Source of the DNA: Nibricoccus sp. | GTDB taxonomy: Bacteria > Verrucomicrobiota > Verrucomicrobiia > Opitutales > Opitutaceae | Length of the DNA: 64,000 nt | Assembly (NCBI GenBank): GCA_047602425.1 | Contig: JASGHG010000001.1 | Location: 2,176,001 to 2,240,000 of the forward strand | Direction of reading: 5' to 3' | Shown: positions 53,752-62,904 of the stretch, one piece after another | Layout: each line of letters begins with the position of its first letter | Position numbering within the stretch: position 1 is the first letter of the stretch | Position numbers and translations under genes: made by a program | The notes under the pieces: generated by a model | Seen by the model: only the letters and a program-made list of their open reading frames with translations | Databases searched by the model: none | Told to the model about the DNA's origin: nothing

Positions 53752-55087
53752 CCACTACGGCCGCCGGTTTTTCGGTCGAACCCGGATCGCTGGCGGCCGT
53801 GGCATTCACGCGTTCCAGCAAACGGGTTAGGTAAAGCTGTTCCGGGCCAACCGCGGCCAGCTGGAGTGCGCGGCGATAACTTTCGGCCGCTTCGTGGTGA
53901 TGACCAAGCTGCCAATGGAGTTCTCCCACAACCGCATGATAAAGGTAATGGGCCTCCAACCGATCCCGGCGGGCGATGGCCGCCACCGCGTCCAAGCCAG
54001 CTTGCGGTCCGTGCACATGAGACACCGCCACCGCCCGATTCAGCGAGACCACAGGTGAAGGCTTGAGCCGGTCGAGCGCGTCGTAGTGCTGCAGGATGCG
54101 CGTCCAATCCGTCGATGCAAAATCCGCCGACGTGCAATGAACCGCCGCGATGCCTGCCTGCAGGTGATATTCGCTCAAATCGTTTCCTTGCGCCGCCTCG
54201 GTGAGATAACCCAAGCCGCGCATGATCAAACGCTGGTCCCATTTCGAGCGATCCTGATCGTGCAAGCGCAACAGGTCGCCTTGCTCGTCCGTTCGCGCCG
54301 GGAAACGCGCCGCGGTGAGCAACAGAAGCGCAAGCAGAGCGTGGGCGCGCGGCGTGCGGCCCACCGGATGGCTGACCAGCAGTTCCGCCAGTCGGATCGC
54401 TTCCGTGCAAAGTTCCTCCTTCAACAGGCGGTCGCCCGAGGACGCTTTGTAACCTTCGTTGAACAATAGGTAGATGGTCGCCAGCACGCCGTCGAGACGC
54501 GGGACGAGATTTTCGTTCTCCGGAATCTCGAAAGCCATGCCCGCCTCCTGGATCTTTTGTTTTGTTCGGGTGAGCTGTTTTTCGATCGCAGCCACGCTGC
54601 TCAAAAACGCCTGCGCGATTTCGCCCGTGCTGAATCCGCACAATATTTTCAACGCCAGCACCACCTGTGCATCCGGTGGGATTGCCGGATGACTGCACAC
54701 AAACATCAGCCGCAGTGCGTCGTCGCGAATCTCGTGCGCCACCCCCCACGCCACCGCCGGAGTCGCCCGCATCTGGTCGAGGTGTGTGACGATGGCGGAT
54801 TCCTTGGAGGTGGACATTCGTTGGTGTCGCAACGCATCGCGCCCCAGATTCATCGCCACCTGCGTGATCCACGCCGATGGATTCGCCGGAACGCCGCCCA
54901 TCGACCACAAGCGCAGCGCCCGCAACATCGCCTCCTGAGCCACATCCTCGGCCAAGGCCAGGTTGTGCACGCCCAGCAACCGGACCAACGCGCCATGCAG
55001 GCGACCCGTCTCGTGACGAAAAAAATGCTCCACCAGCGCGGCCGGCTGGCGGCTGTTAGGCGTTGGTACTGGTTCGTCCACGGACAC
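53744..55087 (-). CDS. ECF sigma factor with C-terminal TPR extension (ECF42-type)
   Basis: LAEDVAQEA, region 4 (GFSTGEIAQAF), YLLFNEGY, QDRSKWD, YHLQAGIAA, SPVVSLNRAVA; follows a DGPF gene; GTG start 55087 or 55081. Confidence 0.9.
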   Translation of the reverse strand: MSVDEPVPTPNSRQPAALVEHFFRHETGRLHGALVRLLGVHNLALAEDVAQEAMLRALRLWSMGGVPANPSAWITQVAMNLGRDALRHQRMSTSKESAIVTHLDQMRATPAVAWGVAHEIRDDALRLMFVCSHPAIPPDAQVVLALKILCGFSTGEIAQAFLSSVAAIEKQLTRTKQKIQEAGMAFEIPENENLVPRLDGVLATIYLLFNEGYKASSGDRLLKEELCTEAIRLAELLVSHPVGRTPRAHALLALLLLTAARFPARTDEQGDLLRLHDQDRSKWDQRLIMRGLGYLTEAAQGNDLSEYHLQAGIAAVHCTSADFASTDWTRILQHYDALDRLKPSPVVSLNRAVAVSHVHGPQAGLDAVAAIARRDRLEAHYLYHAVVGELHWQLGHHHEAAESYRRALQLAAVGPEQLYLTRLLERVNATAASDPGSTEKPAAVVVK

Positions 55088-55092
55088 TTTGC

Positions 55093-55524
55093 TCAATAGG
55101 TCGCGGTTGCAGGCATGCCCAGCGCGGCCGGCTTGGTGTTGACGCCGAGATGACAATCCGGAGTCAACTCGCGGACCTCGATCAGCATGCCGTGCGCGAG
55201 CGCGGGATGTCGTTGGGCGATTTCCGTGGCTTCATCGAAGCTGCTGACGAGCAGTTTCACGTAACCGCCAATCGCCTCCTTCGCCTCGGGAAAAGGTCCG
55301 TCGGTGATCCGCGCGCCGCCCGCGCCCGAAACGACCCGCGTGCGCATCTCGAGCGGCTGGCCTTCGAAGGCTTTGCCCTGCGCCAGAAGGCCGTCGAACC
55401 AGGCGTTCCAGCGCGTGATCAATTGCTGGCGTTGTTCAGGCGAAAGGTTGCTGAAAACTTCCGGGCCGGTGTTTCGGAAGAGCAACATATACGGAGCAGA
55501 AGAGGACGTTGGTGCGGTTTGCAT
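55093..55524 (-). CDS. YciI-family DGPF protein
   Basis: ITDGPFPEAKEAIGGY and IEVRE motifs. Confidence 0.92.
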   Translation of the reverse strand: MQTAPTSSSAPYMLLFRNTGPEVFSNLSPEQRQQLITRWNAWFDGLLAQGKAFEGQPLEMRTRVVSGAGGARITDGPFPEAKEAIGGYVKLLVSSFDEATEIAQRHPALAHGMLIEVRELTPDCHLGVNTKPAALGMPATATY

Positions 55525-55570
55525 TGTGGGAAGGGTTGAATGGCGTGCCGTGGGAGCAGTTCAAAAAGAC

Positions 55571-55598
55571 GACGAATGACCATACTCAAAAACGGACA
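55571..55598 (-). promoter_or_regulatory. ECF42-like promoter (leftward)
   Basis: Minus strand TGTCCG-N17-TCGTC. Confidence 0.65.
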
Positions 55599-55654
55599 AA
55601 ACGTGGCGTTTTGCCCAAGTTTTTCCCTACGCGCGCAGGAATTTTGTTTTGCCC

Positions 55655-55681
55655 TGTCCGAATTGGGGACGCCCGTTCGTT
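55655..55681 (+). promoter_or_regulatory. ECF42-like promoter (rightward)
   Basis: TGTCCG-N16-TCGTT. Confidence 0.65.
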
Positions 55682-55721
55682 GGGTGATTGAGATCGAAAT
55701 CACGTCCGACAACCAACCGCC

Positions 55722-56204
55722 ATGGAAACTGCCAGCCATCGCCCTCCTCCTCTCTCCGAACGCGTGCTCACCCTCAGCCGCATCATCGACGCCCCGCGTA
55801 CCCGCGTTTTCAAAAACTGGACCACCCGGCTTCCCGACTGGTGGGGCCCCCATGGTATGACGACTCCCCAGTGCGAAATGGACCTGCGGCCCGGCGGTAT
55901 TTTTCGCACCGTGATGCGCGCGCCCGACGGTACCGAATACCCCACCCAAGGCGTCTTCCTCGAAGTCGTCGAACCCGAACGCATTGTCTTCACCGACGCT
56001 TACCACCTGGGTTGGGAGCCCGCGGCCGATATTTTTTTCACCGCCGTGACAACGTTCGAAACGTTGCCGGGCAACAAAACCAGGCTCACCGCCCGCGCCC
56101 TGCACTGGACGGTGGCGAATCGCGAAAAACACGAACAAATGGGTTTCCACCAAGGCTGGGGCGAAAGCTTCGACCGTCTCGCCGCCCTCTCACTCCAACA
56201 TTAA
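55722..56204 (+). CDS. SRPBCC/AHSA1-like ligand-binding protein
   Basis: LSRIIDAPRTRVF..W, WWGP, DLRPGG, EVVEPERIVFT, GFHQGWG. Confidence 0.9.
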   Translation: METASHRPPPLSERVLTLSRIIDAPRTRVFKNWTTRLPDWWGPHGMTTPQCEMDLRPGGIFRTVMRAPDGTEYPTQGVFLEVVEPERIVFTDAYHLGWEPAADIFFTAVTTFETLPGNKTRLTARALHWTVANREKHEQMGFHQGWGESFDRLAALSLQH

Positions 56205-56217
56205 TCCCAACAAGATC

Positions 56218-56667
56218 ATGAATGCATTGCTCGATACCGAAACGACTGATAGCGACAAATCGAAATCCTTCGCCCGCTTTTTCCCGGCCATCGCCCGGAT
56301 GTTGATGGGCCTGCCTTTGCTCGTTTTTGGGCTTAATGGATTTCTCAACTTCATCCCGCCCCCATCGACACCGCTGCCCGAGGGCGCGATGGCCTTCGCG
56401 GGCGCTCTCGTCAACACCGGCTACATGATGCAGCTGATCGGCCTCACCCACCTCATCGTTGGAATTCTTCTGGTAACAAATCGGTTCGTGCCCCTCGCGC
56501 TCGCACTTTTTGCCCCATTCATGGTCAACAGCGTCGCGTTTCACCTCTTCCTTGAACGATCGGGCTTGGTCATGGCCGGCGTGTTTCTCCTCTTGGAACT
56601 CTATCTCGCCTGGGCCTACCGCCACGCGTTTCGACCCATGCTTTCGGCAAGAATGACGCCTTCCTAA
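56218..56667 (+). CDS. DoxX-like membrane protein
   Basis: Four TM helices; FGLNGFLNFIP, NRFVPLAL, VN...FHLFL. Confidence 0.75.
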   Translation: MNALLDTETTDSDKSKSFARFFPAIARMLMGLPLLVFGLNGFLNFIPPPSTPLPEGAMAFAGALVNTGYMMQLIGLTHLIVGILLVTNRFVPLALALFAPFMVNSVAFHLFLERSGLVMAGVFLLLELYLAWAYRHAFRPMLSARMTPS

Positions 56668-56699
56668 ACCAACGACCAGAATCTTTAACCTTTGTCATC

Positions 56700-57233
56700 A
56701 TGAGCTCCAAAATCCTGATCGTTGTCGCTGTCGTCGTAATCGTGTTTTTGATCGTCGTTGCCCTGCAGCCTTCCCGGTTTCGCGTGGAACGTTCGCTCAC
56801 GATCAATGCTTCGCCCGCAACGATTTTCCCTCACATCAACGATCTGCAAAAAGCCGCCGTCTGGTCCCCCTGGTTGAAAATGGACCCCGCCGTCAAAATC
56901 GCCTATTCGGGGCCGGCCAGCGGCGTGGGCGCCTCATCTTCCTGGGTCGGCAACAATAAAATCGGCGAAGGACGCCAAACCATTATCGAGAGCCAGCCCG
57001 GCGAGCTGGTTCGCATCAAGCTCGAATTTTTCAAGCCCATGGCCGGCGTTTCCACCGCCGATTTCTCGCTGAAGCCCGCTGACGGTCAAACGACCGTGAC
57101 GTGGAGCATCTATGGCGAAAATAACTTCATATCGAAGGCGTTTTGTCTATTCATGCGGCAGGACAAAATGATCGGCACGCCGTTCGAAATGGGCCTCGCC
57201 AATCTCAAGACACTCGTAGAATCCTCCAAGTAA
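56700..57233 (+). CDS. SRPBCC (polyketide cyclase-like) protein
   Basis: FRVERS.TINA, WSPW.KMDP, GVGA..SW.GN..IGEG, IG..FE.GL.NLK. Confidence 0.88.
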   Translation: MSSKILIVVAVVVIVFLIVVALQPSRFRVERSLTINASPATIFPHINDLQKAAVWSPWLKMDPAVKIAYSGPASGVGASSSWVGNNKIGEGRQTIIESQPGELVRIKLEFFKPMAGVSTADFSLKPADGQTTVTWSIYGENNFISKAFCLFMRQDKMIGTPFEMGLANLKTLVESSK

Positions 57234-57277
57234 AAGCCGACCCATCCGCCAACGCTAATATCAACCAGGAATATCTT

Positions 57278-57640
57278 ATGCCCAAGTATGTCGATGGCTA
57301 CGTGCTGCCCGTTCCAAAGAAAAATCTCACCGCCTACCGCCGCATGGCAAAGGTGGCCGCCAAAGTCTGGCGCGACCACGGCGCGCTCGACTACAAGGAA
57401 TGCGTCGGCGATGACCTGGCCGTGAGTTGGGGCACGCCTTTTCCGCGCCGGATGAAACTAAAATCGGGCGAAACGGTGGTATTTTCCTTCATCGTCTTCA
57501 AATCCCGCGCTCATCGCGATAAGGTCAACGCCAAGGTCATGGAGGACCCTCGTCTTCAGGCGTTCATGAACAAAAAAACCATGCCCTTCGATATGAAGCG
57601 CATGGCCTACGGCGGATTTGAAGTGATCGTCGACGATTAA
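57278..57640 (+). CDS. DUF1428 (YbaA-like) protein
   Basis: YVDGYVLPVP, DHGAL.Y.EC.GDD, ETVVFS, HRDKVNAKVMEDPR, MPFD.KRM.YGGF. Confidence 0.9.
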   Translation: MPKYVDGYVLPVPKKNLTAYRRMAKVAAKVWRDHGALDYKECVGDDLAVSWGTPFPRRMKLKSGETVVFSFIVFKSRAHRDKVNAKVMEDPRLQAFMNKKTMPFDMKRMAYGGFEVIVDD

Positions 57641-57659
57641 AATCCGCCGAACGAAACGC

Positions 57660-59063
57660 TTACTTGGACCAAAACTGCAGCCGCAACCAGCGACGATGAC
57701 GCTGGCGGATTTGTTCCGAATAGATCGCGTAGGCCGGATCCATGCTCGCCAGGTTGCGCTCCTCCGTCTTCGCGCGCACCCAGTAGACAAAGGCCAGGCC
57801 GCCCAGCATGAACATGTTTCGCACTCCGTAACTCGTGATCGTCATGCTTCCGACGCTAAACAACACCGTGCCCCGGCTGTCTACGAATGGAATCGATGCC
57901 AGGAAAAAGGCGCAGATCTTAGTCACGTAGGCCGGATGCTTCAGGAAGTAGTATGGCCCGCCCGTCACGATGCCACGGTGGGTGAGATTCGAAAAACGCA
58001 GGCCAAAGGCGATCGTGGCCCAAACAAACATCGTCTCGAAAAAAAGTATGCCGAAACCGCACGCATACAGCATCGGCAGGCTGAACCCCGGGAGTTTGGA
58101 CTCCCAATTGCCGTCCGACCAATATCCCAGATACAAATTTCCGATCATGGTCCAAAATGGCTGATAACAGACGAGCGCCGCCGTCCACCCCAGCGCCGTC
58201 GGTTCCGCCGAGCGCACGTGCGATTGGATCCAGCGCAAAGTCAGGATGTATCCGCAGGCCACAAACGCGAGGTCGATGCTAAAGAGAAAATTATGGAGAT
58301 AGTGATTGATTTGGATGAAAGCCTGCGCCGCTTCCATGCCGCTGCGGTTCGTGAAGATCTCCCACGCCTGCGTATTGTGGGCGCGCCAGTGCAGCCCGGG
58401 GAGGTTGTTGCAGAGGAAAGTGAACATCAGCGGCAGGAAAAATCCTTTCACGGCCCACGTGCGCAGATGGTTGTTAACCTTGGCCCAGTTCACTTGTTTA
58501 AAGTCTAACAAGATGGCCCGCCCAAAATGCCAGTAGCCATCGCGTGGATCGGTCATCCGCGCATCGATGAGAAAAAAGTACACCACACATACACCGAGCA
58601 CATAGGGTCCGGCTTTGCGGCAGAGCAGGAAGAAGTTGCTGTAGAATCCCGCATCGGGTTTGAAGCTCGGATTGTACTCGGGGAAAATCCAATAGAGCAG
58701 CGTCACCAATGCCACCGTGACGAGCAATCCGAGCAATTTCACCAGTGTGCGCTCGATCGAATACTCATGCTGCTTGGTGATGCCGTCGATTGGCCCCGCC
58801 GGTGACCTGAATCGCAGTAACAGTGCGTCGCACGCGATCATCGGCAGCGCCGTGAACCCCATCAGGATCAGCCCCTCCCAGTATCGGGAAAGTTCATACA
58901 ATGGTCCGGATTTGTTTAACCACACGACACCGATAATAAATCCAACGACTCCCACCCAGCCCGTGATGGCCGAGGGAATGAAGTCCGGTTTCGTATCGGG
59001 AGGATAAGGAAGTTGAACGGGTGGCTTGGCCGCACCGGTGGCTTGGGGCAGTTTCGAAGACAT
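57660..59063 (-). CDS. Multi-pass membrane protein with ICMT/PEMT-like methyltransferase C-terminus
   Basis: FSNLTHRGIVTGGPY.FLKHPAY and RAKTEERNL...Y..Y motifs. Confidence 0.8.
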   Translation of the reverse strand: MSSKLPQATGAAKPPVQLPYPPDTKPDFIPSAITGWVGVVGFIIGVVWLNKSGPLYELSRYWEGLILMGFTALPMIACDALLLRFRSPAGPIDGITKQHEYSIERTLVKLLGLLVTVALVTLLYWIFPEYNPSFKPDAGFYSNFFLLCRKAGPYVLGVCVVYFFLIDARMTDPRDGYWHFGRAILLDFKQVNWAKVNNHLRTWAVKGFFLPLMFTFLCNNLPGLHWRAHNTQAWEIFTNRSGMEAAQAFIQINHYLHNFLFSIDLAFVACGYILTLRWIQSHVRSAEPTALGWTAALVCYQPFWTMIGNLYLGYWSDGNWESKLPGFSLPMLYACGFGILFFETMFVWATIAFGLRFSNLTHRGIVTGGPYYFLKHPAYVTKICAFFLASIPFVDSRGTVLFSVGSMTITSYGVRNMFMLGGLAFVYWVRAKTEERNLASMDPAYAIYSEQIRQRHRRWLRLQFWSK

Positions 59064-59141
59064 GTGGTCGGCGCTCAGTTGAACCGCTGCCAGCCCCCGC
59101 CGCAAGTTCGCGCTGCGCCGTCTGCGTGTTTCAATTGTAAA

Positions 59142-59168
59142 AAAGTGTCACGTAATACGTGACACTTT
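59142..59168. repeat. Perfect intergenic palindrome (family copy 4, variant arms)
   Basis: AAAGTGTCACGTA-A-TACGTGACACTTT. Confidence 0.9.
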
Positions 59169-59241
59169 GGCTGTTTCTCTATCGTAAGTGGTTGGTTAAG
59201 GTTGCGAGGCGGGTTTGGGCCTCGATTTTCATGCGGCAGGC

Positions 59242-61746
59242 CTAATCTCGCACAGAGTCACGCTGGCGCAGCACACGCAGCACCACCGCCGAACCGATCA
59301 ATACCAAGACGAACATCACCACGGCCACTGCGGTCGCGCGGCCCACCTCGAATTCACGGAACATGGTCGACACCATGAGCGTGCTCAACACCTGCGACTG
59401 GCTGATCGGATCCTGCGACGTGAGCAGCCAGATCATTTCGAAGGTGTTCAAGCCTGCCACGACGATGAAAACCGCCGAAATTGCCAGGACGTCCCAGATG
59501 AGCGGCAGCGTGATCGTGAAAAACTGCCGCCATGCGGGCGCGCCGTCGATTTCCGCCGCCTCGTAAAGCTCGGGATCGATGCCCTGCATTGCCGCGAGAT
59601 ATAACACTAGGTTGAAACCGCAGGCCATCCAGATGTAGATGGGAATTAGCGCACGATAAAGGTTGTCCTGCGAAAGCCAGGGATACGCTGCGAACGACCG
59701 CAACCAGTCGCTACCAACCCAGTCGCCGATCTTGACAATTGATGCGTTAACCAGTCCCCCATGCGGGTCGTAAGCGTTCATCCAAAGCAGCGTGGCCGCG
59801 ATGCCGCCAAGAAGATTAGGGAAAAGGAAGACCGCACGGAAAAAATTCGCGCCAAAAACACCGCGATGGATCAGCGCCGCCAGAAAGAGCGAAAGCGGCA
59901 CCACGATCGAGGTCGGCACGAGCATGATGTAGAGATTATTCCGAAGCGCGTACCAAAACGTTTCGCTTTCCAGGAAGAGCCACTTGAAATTGAAAAGCCC
60001 CACCGCCGTGCGAGTCGCGCTAATGCCGTCCCAGCGGGTAAAGGCCCAAACCAACGCCTGTACGCCAGGCAAGATCACCAGAAGGCCGAACAGGATCAAC
60101 GCCGGTCCTACAAAACCCGCCGCCATCGGTAAACGCAAACGGCCGAGGTGGCCTTCGGCTCTGGCCGCCACCCCGCCCTCCCTCCGGCGCACCCGGGTGC
60201 GGCGCGCGGTTTCCCAGCCAAGCCACCCGATGGCGGCAGCCAGCACGAGGAGCAGCAAAGCCGGTTTCCACCGATGTTTGACTTTCACGCTGGTGGGATC
60301 GGCTGCGCGGACCCGTTCGGATTGCGCGGCGGTTTCCAAGCGTTCGCCATATTCGCGTGCGGAGATGCGACCGGTCATGAGTTGCTGCCGCAAATCGCTC
60401 ATGGATTGCTCCCAAAGGGCCAGGAACGCCGCCGATTTGGGACGTCCGCCGTCGAATGCGGCCGGTGCTTTGGCGATTAGTCCGGCAATGTCGCGCAAGG
60501 CATCGGAGAAATCCGAGATTTGTGCTCCGTAAACCGCCGACGTTGCGTCCTGCATGTGGGCAAAGGCCCGCGCGCGTTCCTTCGACGTCAGGAAGCGGAA
60601 AAAGTCCACCGTGGCCTTTTCGCGCGCTGGGTCGTTTTTTCGGAAAACAAAATAATACTGCGCCTGATACTGCAGCGTATCCGGATGCGTGATACCGTCC
60701 TTGAAAACCGGAAAGTTCATCGCGCCAATCGTGAAGCCGGCGGGGATTTTTCCTCGCACTTCGCTGCCCAACCACGAGCCAGCGACAGTCATGGCGGATT
60801 TACCGTCGAGAAAAGCCTGCTCGGCCGCGGTGTGCGTCATGCCTTCCCAACCCTTCAGCATATAGTTCATCGAGGCGCGTTGCTGAACCTCGGCCGCACG
60901 GATAAAACGCGGATCCGTTCGCGCGCCGGGCGCCAGGGCGTTGTAGGCGTTGTAACCTTCTGGGCCCACGAGGTTGAAGTAGGCCGAGCGCAAAAACGAA
61001 TCGCCATAGCGCATGTACACGCCGGGCAGCGTGAGCGGCGCGATGCCTTGGGCGCGGATTTTTTCGCAGAGTTGGAAAAATTCGTCCCAGGTGCGCGGCG
61101 CTTCCCAGCCGTGCTCGGCGAACATCTCTTTATTGTAAAAGATCGCCCAGACGGCATAGGCAAAGGGCACGCCGTAGACTTTGCCTTCGTGCGTCCAGCG
61201 GTTGAGCACACCCGGCAAAAAGCGATCGCGCCAGCGGCCGGTGCCTTCCCAATCGGGGCCGTCGAGAAACGGCGTGAGGTCGACGATCTGTTGCGCGTCG
61301 ATCATCTTGTCGTAGATCAGATCCGCGTCGGTTGCGTTGGGCAGATCGCCAGCCATGACGCGAATGCGGACTTTTTCGTGCACGCGGGCATTGCCCGTCA
61401 GATTGACGCGCACGTCAGGCCGGAGTTTTTCGAAAAGTCGCGCTGTCTCCTCGAAAAACGCCGCTCCGTAGGCCTGCGCCTGAATCGGAATATCGATTTC
61501 AATCGGTTCGGGTGCGGCGGCGGCCGTCGGTCCTTCCGCCGAAACCCGAATGACCGCGGCCAGCGAACAAAAAACCACCACGCCAGCCAAAAGGTGGCGA
61601 AGATGTCGGGGAAAATTTGAAGCGGAAGAGGTCAGAGAGGTAACCAGGGAGGGAAATAGTTTTGGAGGAGTTTGGGGAATTTTTCGACGATGATTTGCGA
61701 AGGGTTCGTTTACACAAACGTCACGCGAAGCTCTCACGGTTGTCAC
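59242..61746 (-). CDS. Fused sugar-binding protein + ABC permease (MalF-like); true start probably somewhat downstream of 61746
   Basis: N-terminal SBP (YGVPF, IFYNKEMF..HGW..P.TWDEF), C-terminal permease with ELYEAAEIDGA EAA loop, in one uninterrupted frame. Confidence 0.9.
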   Translation of the reverse strand: MTTVRASRDVCVNEPFANHRRKIPQTPPKLFPSLVTSLTSSASNFPRHLRHLLAGVVVFCSLAAVIRVSAEGPTAAAAPEPIEIDIPIQAQAYGAAFFEETARLFEKLRPDVRVNLTGNARVHEKVRIRVMAGDLPNATDADLIYDKMIDAQQIVDLTPFLDGPDWEGTGRWRDRFLPGVLNRWTHEGKVYGVPFAYAVWAIFYNKEMFAEHGWEAPRTWDEFFQLCEKIRAQGIAPLTLPGVYMRYGDSFLRSAYFNLVGPEGYNAYNALAPGARTDPRFIRAAEVQQRASMNYMLKGWEGMTHTAAEQAFLDGKSAMTVAGSWLGSEVRGKIPAGFTIGAMNFPVFKDGITHPDTLQYQAQYYFVFRKNDPAREKATVDFFRFLTSKERARAFAHMQDATSAVYGAQISDFSDALRDIAGLIAKAPAAFDGGRPKSAAFLALWEQSMSDLRQQLMTGRISAREYGERLETAAQSERVRAADPTSVKVKHRWKPALLLLVLAAAIGWLGWETARRTRVRRREGGVAARAEGHLGRLRLPMAAGFVGPALILFGLLVILPGVQALVWAFTRWDGISATRTAVGLFNFKWLFLESETFWYALRNNLYIMLVPTSIVVPLSLFLAALIHRGVFGANFFRAVFLFPNLLGGIAATLLWMNAYDPHGGLVNASIVKIGDWVGSDWLRSFAAYPWLSQDNLYRALIPIYIWMACGFNLVLYLAAMQGIDPELYEAAEIDGAPAWRQFFTITLPLIWDVLAISAVFIVVAGLNTFEMIWLLTSQDPISQSQVLSTLMVSTMFREFEVGRATAVAVVMFVLVLIGSAVVLRVLRQRDSVRD
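61707..61746 (+). promoter_or_regulatory. Pho-box-like direct repeats
   Basis: CGTTTAC, ACGTCAC, AGCTCTC, TTGTCAC at exact 11-bp period upstream of an alkaline phosphatase operon. Confidence 0.5.
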
Positions 61747-61770
61747 ATCACGCGGTTAAATAATGGGCCG

Positions 61771-62283
61771 ATGTTTTCCAACTTGGTCAAGAGTGCGAGC
61801 CGTTTGCTTAGGATACAGGCCACCGGTCGGCGCGAATTTCTTTCGCTGGCGCTGATTTTGAGCATTGGCGCAGCCAACCGCGGGCTCGCGGAGCCGTCCG
61901 TGCTGACCTTTGCGCAAATGGTCGCCTGCCCGGTGAAGGAGGTCGGTATTCGCGAAAAGGATCCTTCGGCCAACGTGCTGCCAGAGGCAATCCGGTCGGC
62001 CGTGGGAAGAGAGGTGAGGGTCACCGGTTATATGTTGCCGTTGGTTATGGAAAACGGACGGGCCCGCCAGCTGTTGCTTATGCGCAATACCATGGCGTGT
62101 TGTTACGGCCAACCTCCGGCCGCGAACGAATATCTCGTGATCAAAACGCCGCCGCCGGGATTGCCTGTCACCCAGGATGTGCCGGTTGCGTTGCAGGGCG
62201 TGTTTCGCATCGAGCCCGTGTTCCTCGGCGGAGCGCCAGTCGAATATTTCCATCTCGATAATGCGATCCTCGCCACTCGTTGA
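61771..62283 (+). CDS. DUF3299-like exported protein
   Basis: GREVRVTGYMLPL, LLL...MACCYGQPPAANEY, PVALQGVF. Confidence 0.75.
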   Translation: MFSNLVKSASRLLRIQATGRREFLSLALILSIGAANRGLAEPSVLTFAQMVACPVKEVGIREKDPSANVLPEAIRSAVGREVRVTGYMLPLVMENGRARQLLLMRNTMACCYGQPPAANEYLVIKTPPPGLPVTQDVPVALQGVFRIEPVFLGGAPVEYFHLDNAILATR

Positions 62284-62292
62284 ACTTGTCCC

Positions 62293-62877
62293 ATGAAATC
62301 ATCCTGTTTTCACCTCGCCGTCTGCATCGGCCTGCTCGCGTCTGCTCTCCTTCCGAGTCAAACCAACGCAAAGAGCCTAGGCTGGAACGCCGACACGCTT
62401 TCCCAAGAGCTCGCCGCCATCAAAAACCTGCCAGCCCCGCCAGACGATGTGACACATTTGAGGTTTTCGGATTTTTTCATCTCTCCCAGCGGACCTCGCG
62501 GGCTAGAATACACAGCGGCGATCAAACGCCTCGATGGCCAACGCGTGCGTATTCTGGGCTTCATGGTTCGGCAAACGCGCCCGGCGCCGGGCACCGTGCT
62601 GCTCGCATCCTATGCCTCCTTTACCCACGAGGGCGAATATGGCCTCTGCGACGATCTGCCGCCCGCCACGCTTTTCGTGCGGGTTCCGAAATACGCCGAT
62701 CTCGCCGTGCCGTTCACGCCTGGTCCGCTCCTGCTGACAGGCAAACTTGAACTCGGTCCGCGCCAGGAGACCGACGGACGAATCTCCCATGTACGGCTCG
62801 TGCTCGACCCCGAAAACATTCTCCCGTCCGTCGCTGCCGCCAACGAACCACACAAAACCGTCACGCACGCCGATTGA
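62293..62877 (+). CDS. Exported protein related to DUF3299 fold
   Basis: Signal peptide; LDGQRVRILGFMV parallels the neighbour; HEGEYGLCDDLPP potential metal ligands. Confidence 0.65.
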   Translation: MKSSCFHLAVCIGLLASALLPSQTNAKSLGWNADTLSQELAAIKNLPAPPDDVTHLRFSDFFISPSGPRGLEYTAAIKRLDGQRVRILGFMVRQTRPAPGTVLLASYASFTHEGEYGLCDDLPPATLFVRVPKYADLAVPFTPGPLLLTGKLELGPRQETDGRISHVRLVLDPENILPSVAAANEPHKTVTHAD

Positions 62878-62904
62878 TCCGAACCACCGCTTTTCTCACC
62901 GCTC

